Of a DNA stretch of 64,000 nucleotides, positions 9,196 through 19,189 are shown piece by piece. Below the pieces are notes generated by a model. The model was given only the letters and a program-made list of their open reading frames with translations, searched no databases and was not told the origin of the DNA. Every line of letters begins with the position of its first letter. Position 1 is the stretch's first letter. A program made the translations under genes and the position numbers. The DNA lies in assembly GCA_014729135.1 (NCBI GenBank), contig WJKK01000001.1, forward strand, positions 455,599 to 519,598. Direction: 5' to 3'. The stretch comes from a candidate division WWE3 bacterium (GTDB lineage: Bacteria; Patescibacteriota; WWE3; UBA101185; UBA10185).

Positions 9196-9881
9196 TAAAT
9201 AAGTTGCACAAATCTAAACTTTTAGGGACTATCTTTCATACACTCGATTATTGTTTACAAAAAGAGCTTGGTGATTGTAGGAGTGCTTTAGATTTAGGAT
9301 GTGGCCCCAATTCCCCTATTACTAAGTGTGTAAATATTGAACATTCTGTAGGCGTTGAGCTTTTCAAGCCTTATCTTAAAGAGGCTAGGGAAAATAGGAC
9401 ACATGATGAGTTCATTGAAGGAGATATTTTAGAGTTAGATTTTGAAGAGAATTCTTTTGATGCAGTTATTTTAATTGATGTTTTGGAGCATTTAAATAAA
9501 TCTTCCGGAAAGGCTGTTTTAGAGAGAGCCAAGAAGTGGGCTAAGAAGAAAGTGGTCGTAACTACGCCTAATGGTTTTATTGAGCAGGCTCCCGTGGATG
9601 AAAATCCCCATCAAGCGCATAAATCCGGTTGGAATTATAATGATATGCTTTCCTTAGGTTTTGAGGTTTATGGGTTGGCTGGGTTAAAATATTTGAGAAG
9701 AGCTAAAGAGGAGGATGACTCCATGGATGATAATTTACTTGTTTCTATAAAATATAAACCCAAGTTTTTCTGGTTTGGGATTGCTACTTTTAGTCAGATT
9801 TTTACTTATTTCTTTCCAGAACATGCTTTCGAGCTGTTTTGTGTTAAACATGACAATTTCAGTGGTAATACCTCTCCATAA
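9180..9881 (+). CDS. class I SAM-dependent methyltransferase (module A, paralog of 18520-19188)
   Basis: Motif I 'ALDLGCGPNSP' and post-I/II 'AVILIDVLEHL'. Confidence 0.8.
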   Translation: MLKSVINKLHKSKLLGTIFHTLDYCLQKELGDCRSALDLGCGPNSPITKCVNIEHSVGVELFKPYLKEARENRTHDEFIEGDILELDFEENSFDAVILIDVLEHLNKSSGKAVLERAKKWAKKKVVVTTPNGFIEQAPVDENPHQAHKSGWNYNDMLSLGFEVYGLAGLKYLRRAKEEDDSMDDNLLVSIKYKPKFFWFGIATFSQIFTYFFPEHAFELFCVKHDNFSGNTSP

Positions 9882-10809
9882 TGGTTCAACTACCATAATT
9901 GAAACTCTAAAAAGTTTGGAGTCTCATATAGGTTTGGTTGATGAGGTCTTTATTATGGAAAATGGATCTACTGATAACTCTCTGCAGCTTGTCCAAGATT
10001 ATGTGGATAGGAGTACCCACGGAAAGTATGTTCTATTCTCTACCTCCACTTCGCTTGGATTGTCTGGGGCATACAACAAGGGTATAGAAATGTCATCTGG
10101 TGATTTAATCATTACTCTTCATCAGGATGTCCTCCTAAAGGATTATGCAGTAGCCTCTTTGTTAGAACCTTTTTTTTCTGCAGAGAAAGGCGTTGTAGCT
10201 ACAAGTCATTGTGTTGAACATCCTAGCTTTGTATGGCGTGCATATCCTTTTTGGCAGAGATGCTTGTTCTCACGGCTTCTTGGCAAGACTTACTGTGGTT
10301 TGGACGGGAAGTTTGACTGTTTTTCCAGGGCTGCCCTTTATGAGGTGGGATTGTTTGATTCATTAAGGTTTAGGACTGCAGGTGAGGACGGGGATATAAG
10401 AAAGCGTTTATTAAAGAAAGGTAGAATTTCAAAAACGGAAAGCTTGATAATTCATTTACATGCCGTATCTGATAAATTCTCCATTTGGGATTACTTTTAC
10501 AAACATATGCAGTATAGTGAAGCCCAGGGTGTGCTTTTAAGGAAACACGGTATTGATAGCATCCAGAATTTTCTAAAGTCTTTTTTCAGAGAAGTTCTAG
10601 CTGTAGGTGTTCTTTTTCCCTATGTGCGCCTCATTTTTCTCCCTTTAACTCTTTTTTACGCTATTTGGTATTGTAAGAACAGCATTATTCACTGTGATAA
10701 AGAAGACCTCGCTAAATTACTTCTGATAGTTCCTGTAAATGTAGTGTTATTGTACGTCAGTTTTTTTTGTTCGCTAAAGGGATTTTTGTTAAAGAGACAG
10801 CGATTTTAG
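9850..10809 (+). CDS. GT2 glycosyltransferase (module A, paralog of 19190-20149)
   Basis: Probable start at ATG 9850 ('MTISVVIPLHNG'), inside the 3' end of the MTase gene. The track ORF starts at 9775. 'CVEHPSFVWRAYPFWQRCLFSRLLGKTYCGLDGKFD' is conserved with its paralog. Confidence 0.75.
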   Translation: MTISVVIPLHNGSTTIIETLKSLESHIGLVDEVFIMENGSTDNSLQLVQDYVDRSTHGKYVLFSTSTSLGLSGAYNKGIEMSSGDLIITLHQDVLLKDYAVASLLEPFFSAEKGVVATSHCVEHPSFVWRAYPFWQRCLFSRLLGKTYCGLDGKFDCFSRAALYEVGLFDSLRFRTAGEDGDIRKRLLKKGRISKTESLIIHLHAVSDKFSIWDYFYKHMQYSEAQGVLLRKHGIDSIQNFLKSFFREVLAVGVLFPYVRLIFLPLTLFYAIWYCKNSIIHCDKEDLAKLLLIVPVNVVLLYVSFFCSLKGFLLKRQRF

Positions 10810-10880
10810 TCACTATGTTGCTTGCATAGTTGGCCAGGACTTTGAAACGCTCTTAAAGAATTTTTATTTGATTTTTATCA

Positions 10881-12077
10881 TTGTATAATAGCTACGTTAT
10901 GCCAGTAAAAAGAGTAGCGTTTTTTATGTTGCCCAGACTTACCAGCGCAGCTGGGGCTGGGAAGTATTTTATCGAAATGGCCAGAAATGTAGGCAAATCC
11001 GGTAAAAGGGTTGATGTCATTACTCTTAATAAGAAGGATTTCTTAGTTTTCAGGCGCTTGCTTAGAATTTTCTACCATTTAGACTTTTTTTCACCGCTTG
11101 ACGCCAGTGGAACCGAGACAGAAGAGGCCATAAATGCTTTACTGGGACCTGCTAATTGGTTAGAACTTTCCCTCTCTGCTCTTAAGAAATCTCTTCGGAG
11201 TTATGATGTTATATATACCAAGAATGAGTTAGTGGAACTTTTAGTTTTAAAAATGTTGGGTTACTCAGAGTTACCCCCTATTGTAGTTGGTGTACATACG
11301 CCCCTCCGCTATGAAAGAGGTTCCTCTTTACTATCAAAGTTTCATAATTTCATATATGCTGGGTTTGTATATAGATGGCTTCTCTCTGGTGTTTCCTGTG
11401 TGCATGCCTCTAACAGATATACTAAGGATTTTGTGGAGAGAAGATTTAAGGTCCCTTGTATCCTAGTTAACTATCCTTTTTCTAGCAAAGAAATGTTAAC
11501 AACCGCAAAAGAATACCATTTTGATGATTATGATTTCTCTGATGAAAAGTTAAACTGTGCATTTATTGCGCGTTTAGGAGAACAGAAGGGTGTAGGAACC
11601 TTAGTACGATTATTACATAGAGTAGCAGAATTTTCAGAGCTAAAAAGTCGAGTTAGATTTAATATATTTGGGGAGGGGGATATGCGCTCTTTGGTCGAGA
11701 CTGCGGCCTCTCAATACGAGTTTGTCAATTATTTTGGTTATGTGGAAAATAGATACGTACCTTCGATTCTATCCGACCAAGATCTTTTTATTTCTACTTC
11801 TGGGTGGGAGGTTTTTCCCTTTAATATACTGGAAGCCCAGTCCATGGGTGTTCCTGTTATAGCTTTCAAGATCCCAGGTCCTGAGGATATAATAGAGCAT
11901 TCGAGAACAGGCTATCTCGCCAATGATTTTGAAGATTTCTTCCATTATTTGACTCTTGTCGTCCGAGGGAAGGTGGATTTTTCTCAGGATTTTATTATCC
12001 AACGAATAGATGAAAAGTATGCTCCCCCTATAATCATTAAAAAATTCATAAATATGCTCGAGGAGTTTTCAAATTGA
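10881..12077 (+). CDS. GT4 glycosyltransferase
   Basis: 'FISTSGWEVFPFNILEAQSMGVPVIAFKIPGPEDII'. An alternative start is at 10899. Confidence 0.8.
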   Translation: MYNSYVMPVKRVAFFMLPRLTSAAGAGKYFIEMARNVGKSGKRVDVITLNKKDFLVFRRLLRIFYHLDFFSPLDASGTETEEAINALLGPANWLELSLSALKKSLRSYDVIYTKNELVELLVLKMLGYSELPPIVVGVHTPLRYERGSSLLSKFHNFIYAGFVYRWLLSGVSCVHASNRYTKDFVERRFKVPCILVNYPFSSKEMLTTAKEYHFDDYDFSDEKLNCAFIARLGEQKGVGTLVRLLHRVAEFSELKSRVRFNIFGEGDMRSLVETAASQYEFVNYFGYVENRYVPSILSDQDLFISTSGWEVFPFNILEAQSMGVPVIAFKIPGPEDIIEHSRTGYLANDFEDFFHYLTLVVRGKVDFSQDFIIQRIDEKYAPPIIIKKFINMLEEFSN

Positions 12078-12138
12078 ACACAGGTATTTCCACTTTTTAT
12101 GCCGTATAGTCTTTTTTTAATCTGGGGTTTTACTTTCT

Positions 12139-15100
12139 ATGCTTAAATTCTTTTCTATTTTTAGGGATTATTCGGGATTCATTGGGGGTGACCAACTTTG
12201 GCTTCTTAATCCCTCTTTCAAGGGTATTTTACAGTCCGTCGCAACCTTTAATTACGGATCTGTTTCTTTTATTTCTGAGTTTTTCCCGTTGCAGGCCCTA
12301 TATTTGTTGTTTTCTGGGGTTGACCTAATTTACTTTCAATTGTTTTATGTCCTTTTTTTACACATAGTTGCTATTGTATCCTTTCATTTTTTATTACGCA
12401 CTCTTTTCAAGAGGGTATTTTTAGGGGTATCTCTCCTTTATGGCGCGAATTGCTTTGTAGTATCCTCATTTTTTCAGGATCGCTTAATGCCCATTTTTGC
12501 ACTATTTCCTCTTATATTCTTACTGTACTACAGACTGTTACACCAAAGAGATCTGAAATCTATTCTTTTTATCTCTCTATTAACCCCATTTTTCTCTGGG
12601 TCGTTGATTAACCCCCCTGTTGTTTTGTCTTTCTGTCTAATCCTCTTTCTTTATTTTGTCCACTATATCTATACTGAGAGAGATGTCGACTGGTCTTTCC
12701 TTTTACTCAGTCATTTTGCGTTGGGTTTTTTACTGATACTTGTTAATTTTTGGCACTTGACTACTTTAATTCCCTTTTTATTGTCTGGCTCGGATATCTC
12801 TTCTAAGGTTAATAGTTTTCGTGCTACAGGATCAGGTTATCTCTTTGATCACTTTAGGCTGCTGGGGCGTTGGTCCTGGTATACAGGCCATTACAAGTAT
12901 CCCTATTATTTGCATGCTTCCGACTACTATAAATTTCCCCTGATAGTTATTACTTATAGCACGCTTCTTTTTCCCTTGATATTCCTATACAAACTGTTGT
13001 CTTCCTGGCAGTATTCTAAGAAAGATAAAAGGTTGTACTCCTTTGCTGCTTTCCTATATCTGGTATCCATTTTTTTGGTTAATGGTTCAAAGCATCTTTT
13101 AGGTGTCCTGTTCAATTTGGTCTATTTATCTCATCCCTATTTTTGGATATTCCGGGAGCCTTATACCAAGTTTATGCCCCTCGCTGTATTCTCTCTGCCT
13201 ATAATATATAATGGTGCTTTTCTTTACGCTAGCCGTAAATTTAAGAGAGTAACTTACAGGCTTATCGCTGCTCTTTTCTTTCTGTTTATTTCTCTTGGGG
13301 TATACCCCATTGTCCTGGATAAGTTCAGCCCTGGTTATTGGAATGGAAATATGCGGTCTACCTTCTTCAAGATACCTAAGTACTGGGTGGAACTACGTTC
13401 TTACCTGCAAAAGGATTTTGGGGGTCATAAGAGGTTATTTGCTTTCCCTTATACAACTTATGGTACTGCCTACAATTGGTTGGAAGGGCTGTCCTCTACC
13501 ACTGACTTTGGCCGGCTCTATTTAGATATGTCTAACGTAAGTGCCACTCCCTTTAGTCTTAAATACTCCGACTTCATTATAAATAGCATTTACTCTCCCA
13601 GCGAGGCTACCTATTCTGCAAATTTTTTAGGTTTTCTCAATATCTTTTATGTTATTCAAGAAAACGATGTAGATTGGCGTTATGCCAGCTCCCGTACATT
13701 AGATCCTCAAAAGATGAATCAAATCATTTCCTCTATGGATTTAGAGCTTATAGAAACTTTTGGTCAATTTACCCCTAATTACTTGGAGCAGATTCCAAAT
13801 GAGGAACCTGATGATTCTCTCCGTAACGAAATGTACGTTAAGCTTTTGGGAGAGCCCGGCCTTGAGCTATATAAAATTCCTGATAAATACTACCTTCCGA
13901 AATTTTACGTTCCTAATCAGTACAATCATGTTTCTGGAAACTTTGATGATTTATTGAAACTGTATTCCGCCGAAAATACTGTTCGTGAGCCTGTCTACTA
14001 TTTTAGTTCAGAAGGATATCCTCAGACAGACTTTAGTGCACGTCCCCAACCTAGCAGGACCTTTGTGATAGGTTATTTGGATGAACCTCGTATAGATTTC
14101 GGTAAGCTTTTTTGGCATGAAGGCTGGGGTCTTCCTTCTGTGTCGGTAAATCCTAAAGATTCGAAGTACCGGCTGGTGCTATTAAAAGAGGGTGTGGAAA
14201 TTTTCAAAGAGCGGGACTATCTGCAGGAGGCCGATTTGCACGTTTGGTTTGCCTCCAAGCGTGTTGCCGAAATACAGGAGTTTGAGTTAAAAGGTGCTGC
14301 TTTAGAGCGCGCCGTTGATAACCTAGAAGGTCACTTGAATAGGGCTATGTTCTTACTTGAAGAGAATCCTGTTTTGGAATTTGATGCCGAAGCATATGAG
14401 ACTTATTGGGGTATGGTCGCAAAGGTGTTGATGTATAGCCAGAACAATATTGCTGCTCTGAAGGACTATCCTGCAGTAGAGTCTTCTGCCATTGAAGCTT
14501 TAATAGAGCGGTGTCATGCGTTTTACACATGGATAGAATCCCGCAATGATTACTCCTGTGAAGATACCTCTGTACCTTGTTACGTCTTTGATGTTCCCGT
14601 TGGCGGGGAGTATGAGTTTTCCGGGGGAGATGCGCGGATATTCCTGGAATCAGGCGAGTATAGCCGTAATGTACCTTCTGACTTTCCTTTAGTGAAGGCG
14701 GTGGAATCTCTTCCTTTGGAGGTTTTGTCTCCTACTGTGGAGATCCCTAATTGGGATGCGGACAAGGACTACCGTGTTTCCTTTGATTACAAGATTTTAA
14801 ATAGTTCCGTAGAAGTGGGTGTGCTTGAAGAACAATGGGACTATGGTGTGATAGGAGATGAGATTGGAAAGGTGGATTGGGAAAAAGTTCGCCAGGGCGA
14901 TTTTCCCGTGAGGAGGGAGCGGACTCAAGAACATGTTTTGAACTCTTCTCAAATCTGCTTCAGGGAAGGTGCGGTTTGTTATTCCAACTTCGAAATGATA
15001 GTAAATCCCTCTCGGAATAGTGTCGCCGGTTCCATTTATTTTAAGTTACCCTTGGAACAGGATTTTACAAAGAAGATTGAGATTAAGAATATTAAAATAG

Positions 15101-15663
15101 AGGAGTATACTGAGCCCTTTGTTTACTTGAAAGCTTTGGAGGTGTTGTCTCCCAAAGAACAGACTCCCCAAATAGAGTTTGAACGGGTAAATCCGACCAA
15201 ATATAAAGTACAGGTCTCCGGAGTGACCTCGCCTTTTGATTTGGTTTTTATTGAAAGCTATCATAAAGGGTGGAAACTTTATGCTCCTCAAAGTTCCAGG
15301 AGTATCGCTTTAAGGGATAGGTTTTTTGCATTGTTTGCAAATATCGGGCGCGGCTTGGTAGATGTTTTTGAATTAAATCTAGTAGCTGACTCGGGAATAT
15401 TCTTAGATAGTAAGACTTTTGAAACTTGGGGTAAGGAAGCGGTTCCTTTTGAAAATCACTTTATAGCAAATGGTTTTGCCAATTCCTGGAGAGTTACACC
15501 TGAAATGGTTGAGGATGGGGAAGGTACCTTTATTGTTGAATTTTGGTATCAGAGGTTGTTTTATGTGGGAATTTTTATTTCTGGTTTAACCTTTATTTTA
15601 GTTTGTACGTACTTAGTTATTGTTTTTCTAAAGAATGCCTACACCCAAGTGGTTAAAAGATAA
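12139..15663 (+). CDS. 1174-aa polytopic membrane protein with a GT-C-like architecture (YfhO/AftD-like): ~420-aa multi-TM N-terminus, ~700-aa extracytoplasmic domain, C-terminal TM anchor
   Basis: Hydrophobicity pattern. The C-terminal segment 'ESYHKGWKLY...FIANGFANSWRV...FIVEFWYQRLFYVGIFISGL' resembles the conserved C-termini of YfhO/AftD-type glycosyltransferases. Confidence 0.55.
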   Translation: MLKFFSIFRDYSGFIGGDQLWLLNPSFKGILQSVATFNYGSVSFISEFFPLQALYLLFSGVDLIYFQLFYVLFLHIVAIVSFHFLLRTLFKRVFLGVSLLYGANCFVVSSFFQDRLMPIFALFPLIFLLYYRLLHQRDLKSILFISLLTPFFSGSLINPPVVLSFCLILFLYFVHYIYTERDVDWSFLLLSHFALGFLLILVNFWHLTTLIPFLLSGSDISSKVNSFRATGSGYLFDHFRLLGRWSWYTGHYKYPYYLHASDYYKFPLIVITYSTLLFPLIFLYKLLSSWQYSKKDKRLYSFAAFLYLVSIFLVNGSKHLLGVLFNLVYLSHPYFWIFREPYTKFMPLAVFSLPIIYNGAFLYASRKFKRVTYRLIAALFFLFISLGVYPIVLDKFSPGYWNGNMRSTFFKIPKYWVELRSYLQKDFGGHKRLFAFPYTTYGTAYNWLEGLSSTTDFGRLYLDMSNVSATPFSLKYSDFIINSIYSPSEATYSANFLGFLNIFYVIQENDVDWRYASSRTLDPQKMNQIISSMDLELIETFGQFTPNYLEQIPNEEPDDSLRNEMYVKLLGEPGLELYKIPDKYYLPKFYVPNQYNHVSGNFDDLLKLYSAENTVREPVYYFSSEGYPQTDFSARPQPSRTFVIGYLDEPRIDFGKLFWHEGWGLPSVSVNPKDSKYRLVLLKEGVEIFKERDYLQEADLHVWFASKRVAEIQEFELKGAALERAVDNLEGHLNRAMFLLEENPVLEFDAEAYETYWGMVAKVLMYSQNNIAALKDYPAVESSAIEALIERCHAFYTWIESRNDYSCEDTSVPCYVFDVPVGGEYEFSGGDARIFLESGEYSRNVPSDFPLVKAVESLPLEVLSPTVEIPNWDADKDYRVSFDYKILNSSVEVGVLEEQWDYGVIGDEIGKVDWEKVRQGDFPVRRERTQEHVLNSSQICFREGAVCYSNFEMIVNPSRNSVAGSIYFKLPLEQDFTKKIEIKNIKIEEYTEPFVYLKALEVLSPKEQTPQIEFERVNPTKYKVQVSGVTSPFDLVFIESYHKGWKLYAPQSSRSIALRDRFFALFANIGRGLVDVFELNLVADSGIFLDSKTFETWGKEAVPFENHFIANGFANSWRVTPEMVEDGEGTFIVEFWYQRLFYVGIFISGLTFILVCTYLVIVFLKNAYTQVVKR

Positions 15664-16000
15664 AAAGAGTATTTTGCAGAAATTTCGGAGTGTGGGAGTT
15701 GCGGGCACACTAACACCTATCCTGGCCTTGGGAATGTTTGTTGATATTTTCCTTTTAGAAAAAGATGCAAATCTTCTAGTGGCATTTCTTTTGATTATTG
15801 TGCTTATTCTTATGCGCTCTCTTTCTTTAGGGTGGGAGTTCTTTATGAAGGTTGGTTTGGGATTCTTAGCCACTTTTCCTTTTTTTGTTTGGATTGATGC
15901 CTGGGCCATTGCAGAAAAGATGGCTGTTTGGTGTTACCTTTCTTTGTTTATTTCCTGCGTGAAACTGTTGGTGCGGGTGCGAGAGGAGAATTCATGCTAG
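15635..16000 (+). CDS. small membrane protein (121 aa)
   Basis: ATG overlaps the 3' end of the upstream gene. Its TAG (15998-16000) overlaps the next ATG (15994). Three hydrophobic segments. Confidence 0.45.
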   Translation: MPTPKWLKDKKSILQKFRSVGVAGTLTPILALGMFVDIFLLEKDANLLVAFLLIIVLILMRSLSLGWEFFMKVGLGFLATFPFFVWIDAWAIAEKMAVWCYLSLFISCVKLLVRVREENSC

Positions 16001-17541
16001 TTCTGGGCGGTTTGGATGATCAACTTTCATTTTTAATATGGACAAAAGTTTCTGAGAGCGTTTTTCAGCTGCCTTCTGCGTATAGTTTTTACCAAGATAA
16101 GCTCTGGGGTTTTATTCGGCCATTTGCCACAAGTAGACCGCTGTTCTCTTTTTTAAGTTCTGTCCTGGGTACTTTACTGGGGAGTTATGCTTATCCTCTG
16201 TTGATTGTTGTTTCAATAACTTTGGGGTTTTACTTTGTGCACAGGTTTTTTGGTCGTAGGAGATATACGATCGGTTATGCCCTGCTGTTTGTTTTTTCCG
16301 CCTACTTTTGGAATCATTACGATATTCATTTACCCTTGGCGCAGCTGTGGTTGGTCCCGCTGCTTCTTATGGATCTCAAAAAACGTTGTGTTTTACTTAT
16401 TGGCTTCCTTTTTGCCGCATCTTTGGCCGTTTCCAACTACATCGGATTCTTTCTCTTGATTTACTTTACACTTTACTCCTTCCTTAAATTTATTTATGAA
16501 AAAGATTGGAGATATGTTAAGAAATTTGCAGTAGTCTCAGCTCTTACGGCACTGTTTTCGCTCCCTTTTCTGTTTCCCTTTATTCGCGCCAATTATATCC
16601 GCCCGCCGATGGAGGTTGTCTCCACGGTGCAAGTCGTTCAGCGCCCCTACGAAGACTTTTTCCACTTCAGCTCTCGTCCTTGGTATTTTTTCATCCCTCC
16701 TGTTAAGAATCCTTGGTTAGGAGAGGTGGGACAAAAGATGGTTGCGCGTTTGGAGGCTACAAATTATTTTTTGGCGGATGATTATTTTCCGGGGGAACAT
16801 TCAGCTAATTACTTTGGCTTAATCTTTCTTATTTCTGTTACGGTTTTATCTATACTTGTTCTTCGAAGTGATTCTTCTGCTCCGAAGAAAAAGATAACCT
16901 TTTATTGGGTTTTGAACTTTTTGCTTTACCTTTTTATGCTTCCCCCGTTTTTTACTATTTCCGGGATAAAGATCTATACACCCGGAGAGTTGATGTACCG
17001 CTTTTTCCCTATGTTTAGGGTGACTACTAGGATGGCTCCGTTGTTGCTCTTAAATTTTCTGATTATCTTGGCAACTTCTGTGGATTACCTTTCGCGCCAG
17101 TCCGAAAAGTATAAGAAGTTCTTTCGGGTTTTTGTGCCGGTTTTAACCCTGATTACTTTAGCTGAGACTTTTATTCCCCCCAAAATTGTTTATTACAATG
17201 AACCCCCTGCCGTCTACTCCTATTTAGGTGAAATAGCCTCTCAGAAGAAGTTCGCCGTCTATCCCTATAGCCAAACGGATGAGGCTTTCTTCTGGTTAGA
17301 TGCTCATAAGGCCTATTTATTGAACCTCCGTGGTTATTCGGAGGAGGTTTATAACACAGAAGTTTTTACTAAGTCCCTTCCTACTCTAGGGGGAATCTCG
17401 ATCCTGGGGTCCCTAGGGGGAGAGTATCTGGTGGTATATAGGGATATTCCAAAAGAAGAGTTTGAATTTTTTTCAACAACCTCTCAGTTAGTGAGGGTGA
17501 AGGAGTTCCCAAATTCGGTGATCTATAAGGTGGTTAAATGA
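15994..17541 (+). CDS. polytopic membrane protein (515 aa; GT-C-like?)
   Basis: Start chosen at ATG 15994, which is preceded by AGGAG (15984-15988). The track shows an in-frame upstream start at 15928. More than 10 predicted TM helices. Confidence 0.6.
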   Translation: MLVLGGLDDQLSFLIWTKVSESVFQLPSAYSFYQDKLWGFIRPFATSRPLFSFLSSVLGTLLGSYAYPLLIVVSITLGFYFVHRFFGRRRYTIGYALLFVFSAYFWNHYDIHLPLAQLWLVPLLLMDLKKRCVLLIGFLFAASLAVSNYIGFFLLIYFTLYSFLKFIYEKDWRYVKKFAVVSALTALFSLPFLFPFIRANYIRPPMEVVSTVQVVQRPYEDFFHFSSRPWYFFIPPVKNPWLGEVGQKMVARLEATNYFLADDYFPGEHSANYFGLIFLISVTVLSILVLRSDSSAPKKKITFYWVLNFLLYLFMLPPFFTISGIKIYTPGELMYRFFPMFRVTTRMAPLLLLNFLIILATSVDYLSRQSEKYKKFFRVFVPVLTLITLAETFIPPKIVYYNEPPAVYSYLGEIASQKKFAVYPYSQTDEAFFWLDAHKAYLLNLRGYSEEVYNTEVFTKSLPTLGGISILGSLGGEYLVVYRDIPKEEFEFFSTTSQLVRVKEFPNSVIYKVVK

Positions 17542-18530
17542 GTGTAAGTGTAGTAATACCAGCCTATAAAGGTACTCCTTACATAAGAGAAACCTTAGAT
17601 TCCATATTTTCCCAAACGCACACGAAATTTGAGCTTATAATTTGCAATGATTCCCAAGAAGACGAAGAAAAGCTTCAAGAAATTCTAAGCGAGTACCCAC
17701 AAGAACAAATAAAATTCTATCAGAATGAAAAGAACCTAGGGTATCCATTGAACTTAAAAAAATGTGTTGAAAAGTCCACAGGAGATATTCTCTTTTTAAT
17801 GGGGCAGGACGATATTTTACTTGACCCTAAAGTTTTTGAGAAAGCCCTGGAAATATTTGAAAAACATCCCCGGATAGGAGCTATCACTCGCCCTTATTAT
17901 TGGTTTGAGGAGAAAGTAACTCAGCCAATTAGACAAGTTCCCAAATACCACAAAAGGATAATAAACCCTCAGGAAGCCACTTCAACAGACTTAAAAGCCG
18001 TATTAGAAACACTTGGGCAGCTTTCCGGCTTGGTTTATAGAAAAAAGCTAATCACGCATCCCTTTAACGAAAATGTTTTCACTGCTCACATTTACCCTTT
18101 TTTATCTATTATGAAAACAAACTATATTTACTTTTGGGAAGATTTTATGGTTGCAGTAAGAACTTCCAGTAGCCAAACTCGTTCTAAAGCAAGTATTTAT
18201 AATCCTTCACCTACTAAGACTTGGGTGGAGATGTTTAAAACTGTTTTTCCCGAGAAAGAATTTACCCACATTAGGAGAATCGGTATTGACCACATTACGC
18301 AAAATTACATTGGTTTGGTTCAAATAAAAAATTACGGGCGTTTTAAGGATTTAATTATAGATATTTATTATTTAATAAAACATCGTCCAAAAAATTTGCT
18401 TAGTCCTAGCTTTTGGTTAATTGGTTTAGGAGTTTTACTTATTCCCAAAGTTTTTTTACGCAGTTTAGTAGACTGGTATAAAAACGTGCTCAATAAAAGT
18501 AGGTTAAAAAATTTACTACATGAAAATTAA
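17538..18530 (+). CDS. GT2 glycosyltransferase (module B)
   Basis: 'VSVVIPAYKGTPYIRETLDSI...ELIICNDSQED' and 'LFLMGQDDIL'. Aligns along its length with the 8161-9195 product. Confidence 0.8.
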   Translation: MSVSVVIPAYKGTPYIRETLDSIFSQTHTKFELIICNDSQEDEEKLQEILSEYPQEQIKFYQNEKNLGYPLNLKKCVEKSTGDILFLMGQDDILLDPKVFEKALEIFEKHPRIGAITRPYYWFEEKVTQPIRQVPKYHKRIINPQEATSTDLKAVLETLGQLSGLVYRKKLITHPFNENVFTAHIYPFLSIMKTNYIYFWEDFMVAVRTSSSQTRSKASIYNPSPTKTWVEMFKTVFPEKEFTHIRRIGIDHITQNYIGLVQIKNYGRFKDLIIDIYYLIKHRPKNLLSPSFWLIGLGVLLIPKVFLRSLVDWYKNVLNKSRLKNLLHEN

Positions 18531-19188
18531 GTCTCTTTATCAAAATGCATTTTTAGAAAGAATCTTTAAGACACATTTGTACTTATTGAAAAGGGAATTG
18601 GCAGAAATGAATAGTGTTTTAGATTTGGGTTGTGGTCCCAATTCTCCATTGCAAAATTGCCCCGGTATTCAGTATAGTCTAGGTGTTGATGCTTTTTCCC
18701 CCTATTTAGAAAGGAGCAGGGAAAAAAATATTCACAACGATTATCTTTTGCAGAACATTAAAGATTTGAAATTTGATGAGAATAGTTTCGAGGCTGTGTT
18801 GTTATTGGATGTGTTAGAGCACTTACCCAAGGAAGAAGGCTTAGCTATGTTGGGAAAAGCTCAGAGGTGGGCTAAGAATAAAGTTATAGTAAGTACCCCT
18901 AATGGTTTTATTAAGCAGCCTTCCGTAGACAAAAATCCCCTACAGAAACATCTTTCCGGCTGGACTGTAAAGGATTTTAAGAATCTGGGTTTTAGTGTGC
19001 GGGGCTTGGCTGGTTTAAGGTTCCTTAGAAAAGCAAAGGAAGAGGGGGATTCAATGGATGATGATATTCTGGTTTCCATGAAGTACAAACCCCGCCTATT
19101 TTGGTTTTTTATAGCCGTGCTAAGTCAAACAATTACTTACTTTTGGCCAAAGAAAGCGTTTGGGCTTTTTTGCGTGAAAGACTTGTGA
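18520..19188 (+). CDS. class I SAM-dependent methyltransferase (module B)
   Basis: 'VLDLGCGPNSP' and 'AVLLLDVLEHL'. The C-terminus 'RRAKEEGDSMDDDILVSMKYKPRLFWF' is near-identical to 'RRAKEEDDSMDDNLLVSIKYKPKFFWF' of 9180-9881. Confidence 0.8.
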   Translation: MKIKSLYQNAFLERIFKTHLYLLKRELAEMNSVLDLGCGPNSPLQNCPGIQYSLGVDAFSPYLERSREKNIHNDYLLQNIKDLKFDENSFEAVLLLDVLEHLPKEEGLAMLGKAQRWAKNKVIVSTPNGFIKQPSVDKNPLQKHLSGWTVKDFKNLGFSVRGLAGLRFLRKAKEEGDSMDDDILVSMKYKPRLFWFFIAVLSQTITYFWPKKAFGLFCVKDL

Positions 19189-19189
19189 A

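Noticed and set aside
15635-17541. Two overlapping + ORFs in different frames (15635-16000 and 15928-17541) looked like a frameshifted single membrane-protein gene
   Set aside because: An ATG at 15994 with AGGAG 6 nt upstream overlaps the TAG of the first ORF (ATGCTAG). Two translationally coupled genes explain the data without a frameshift.
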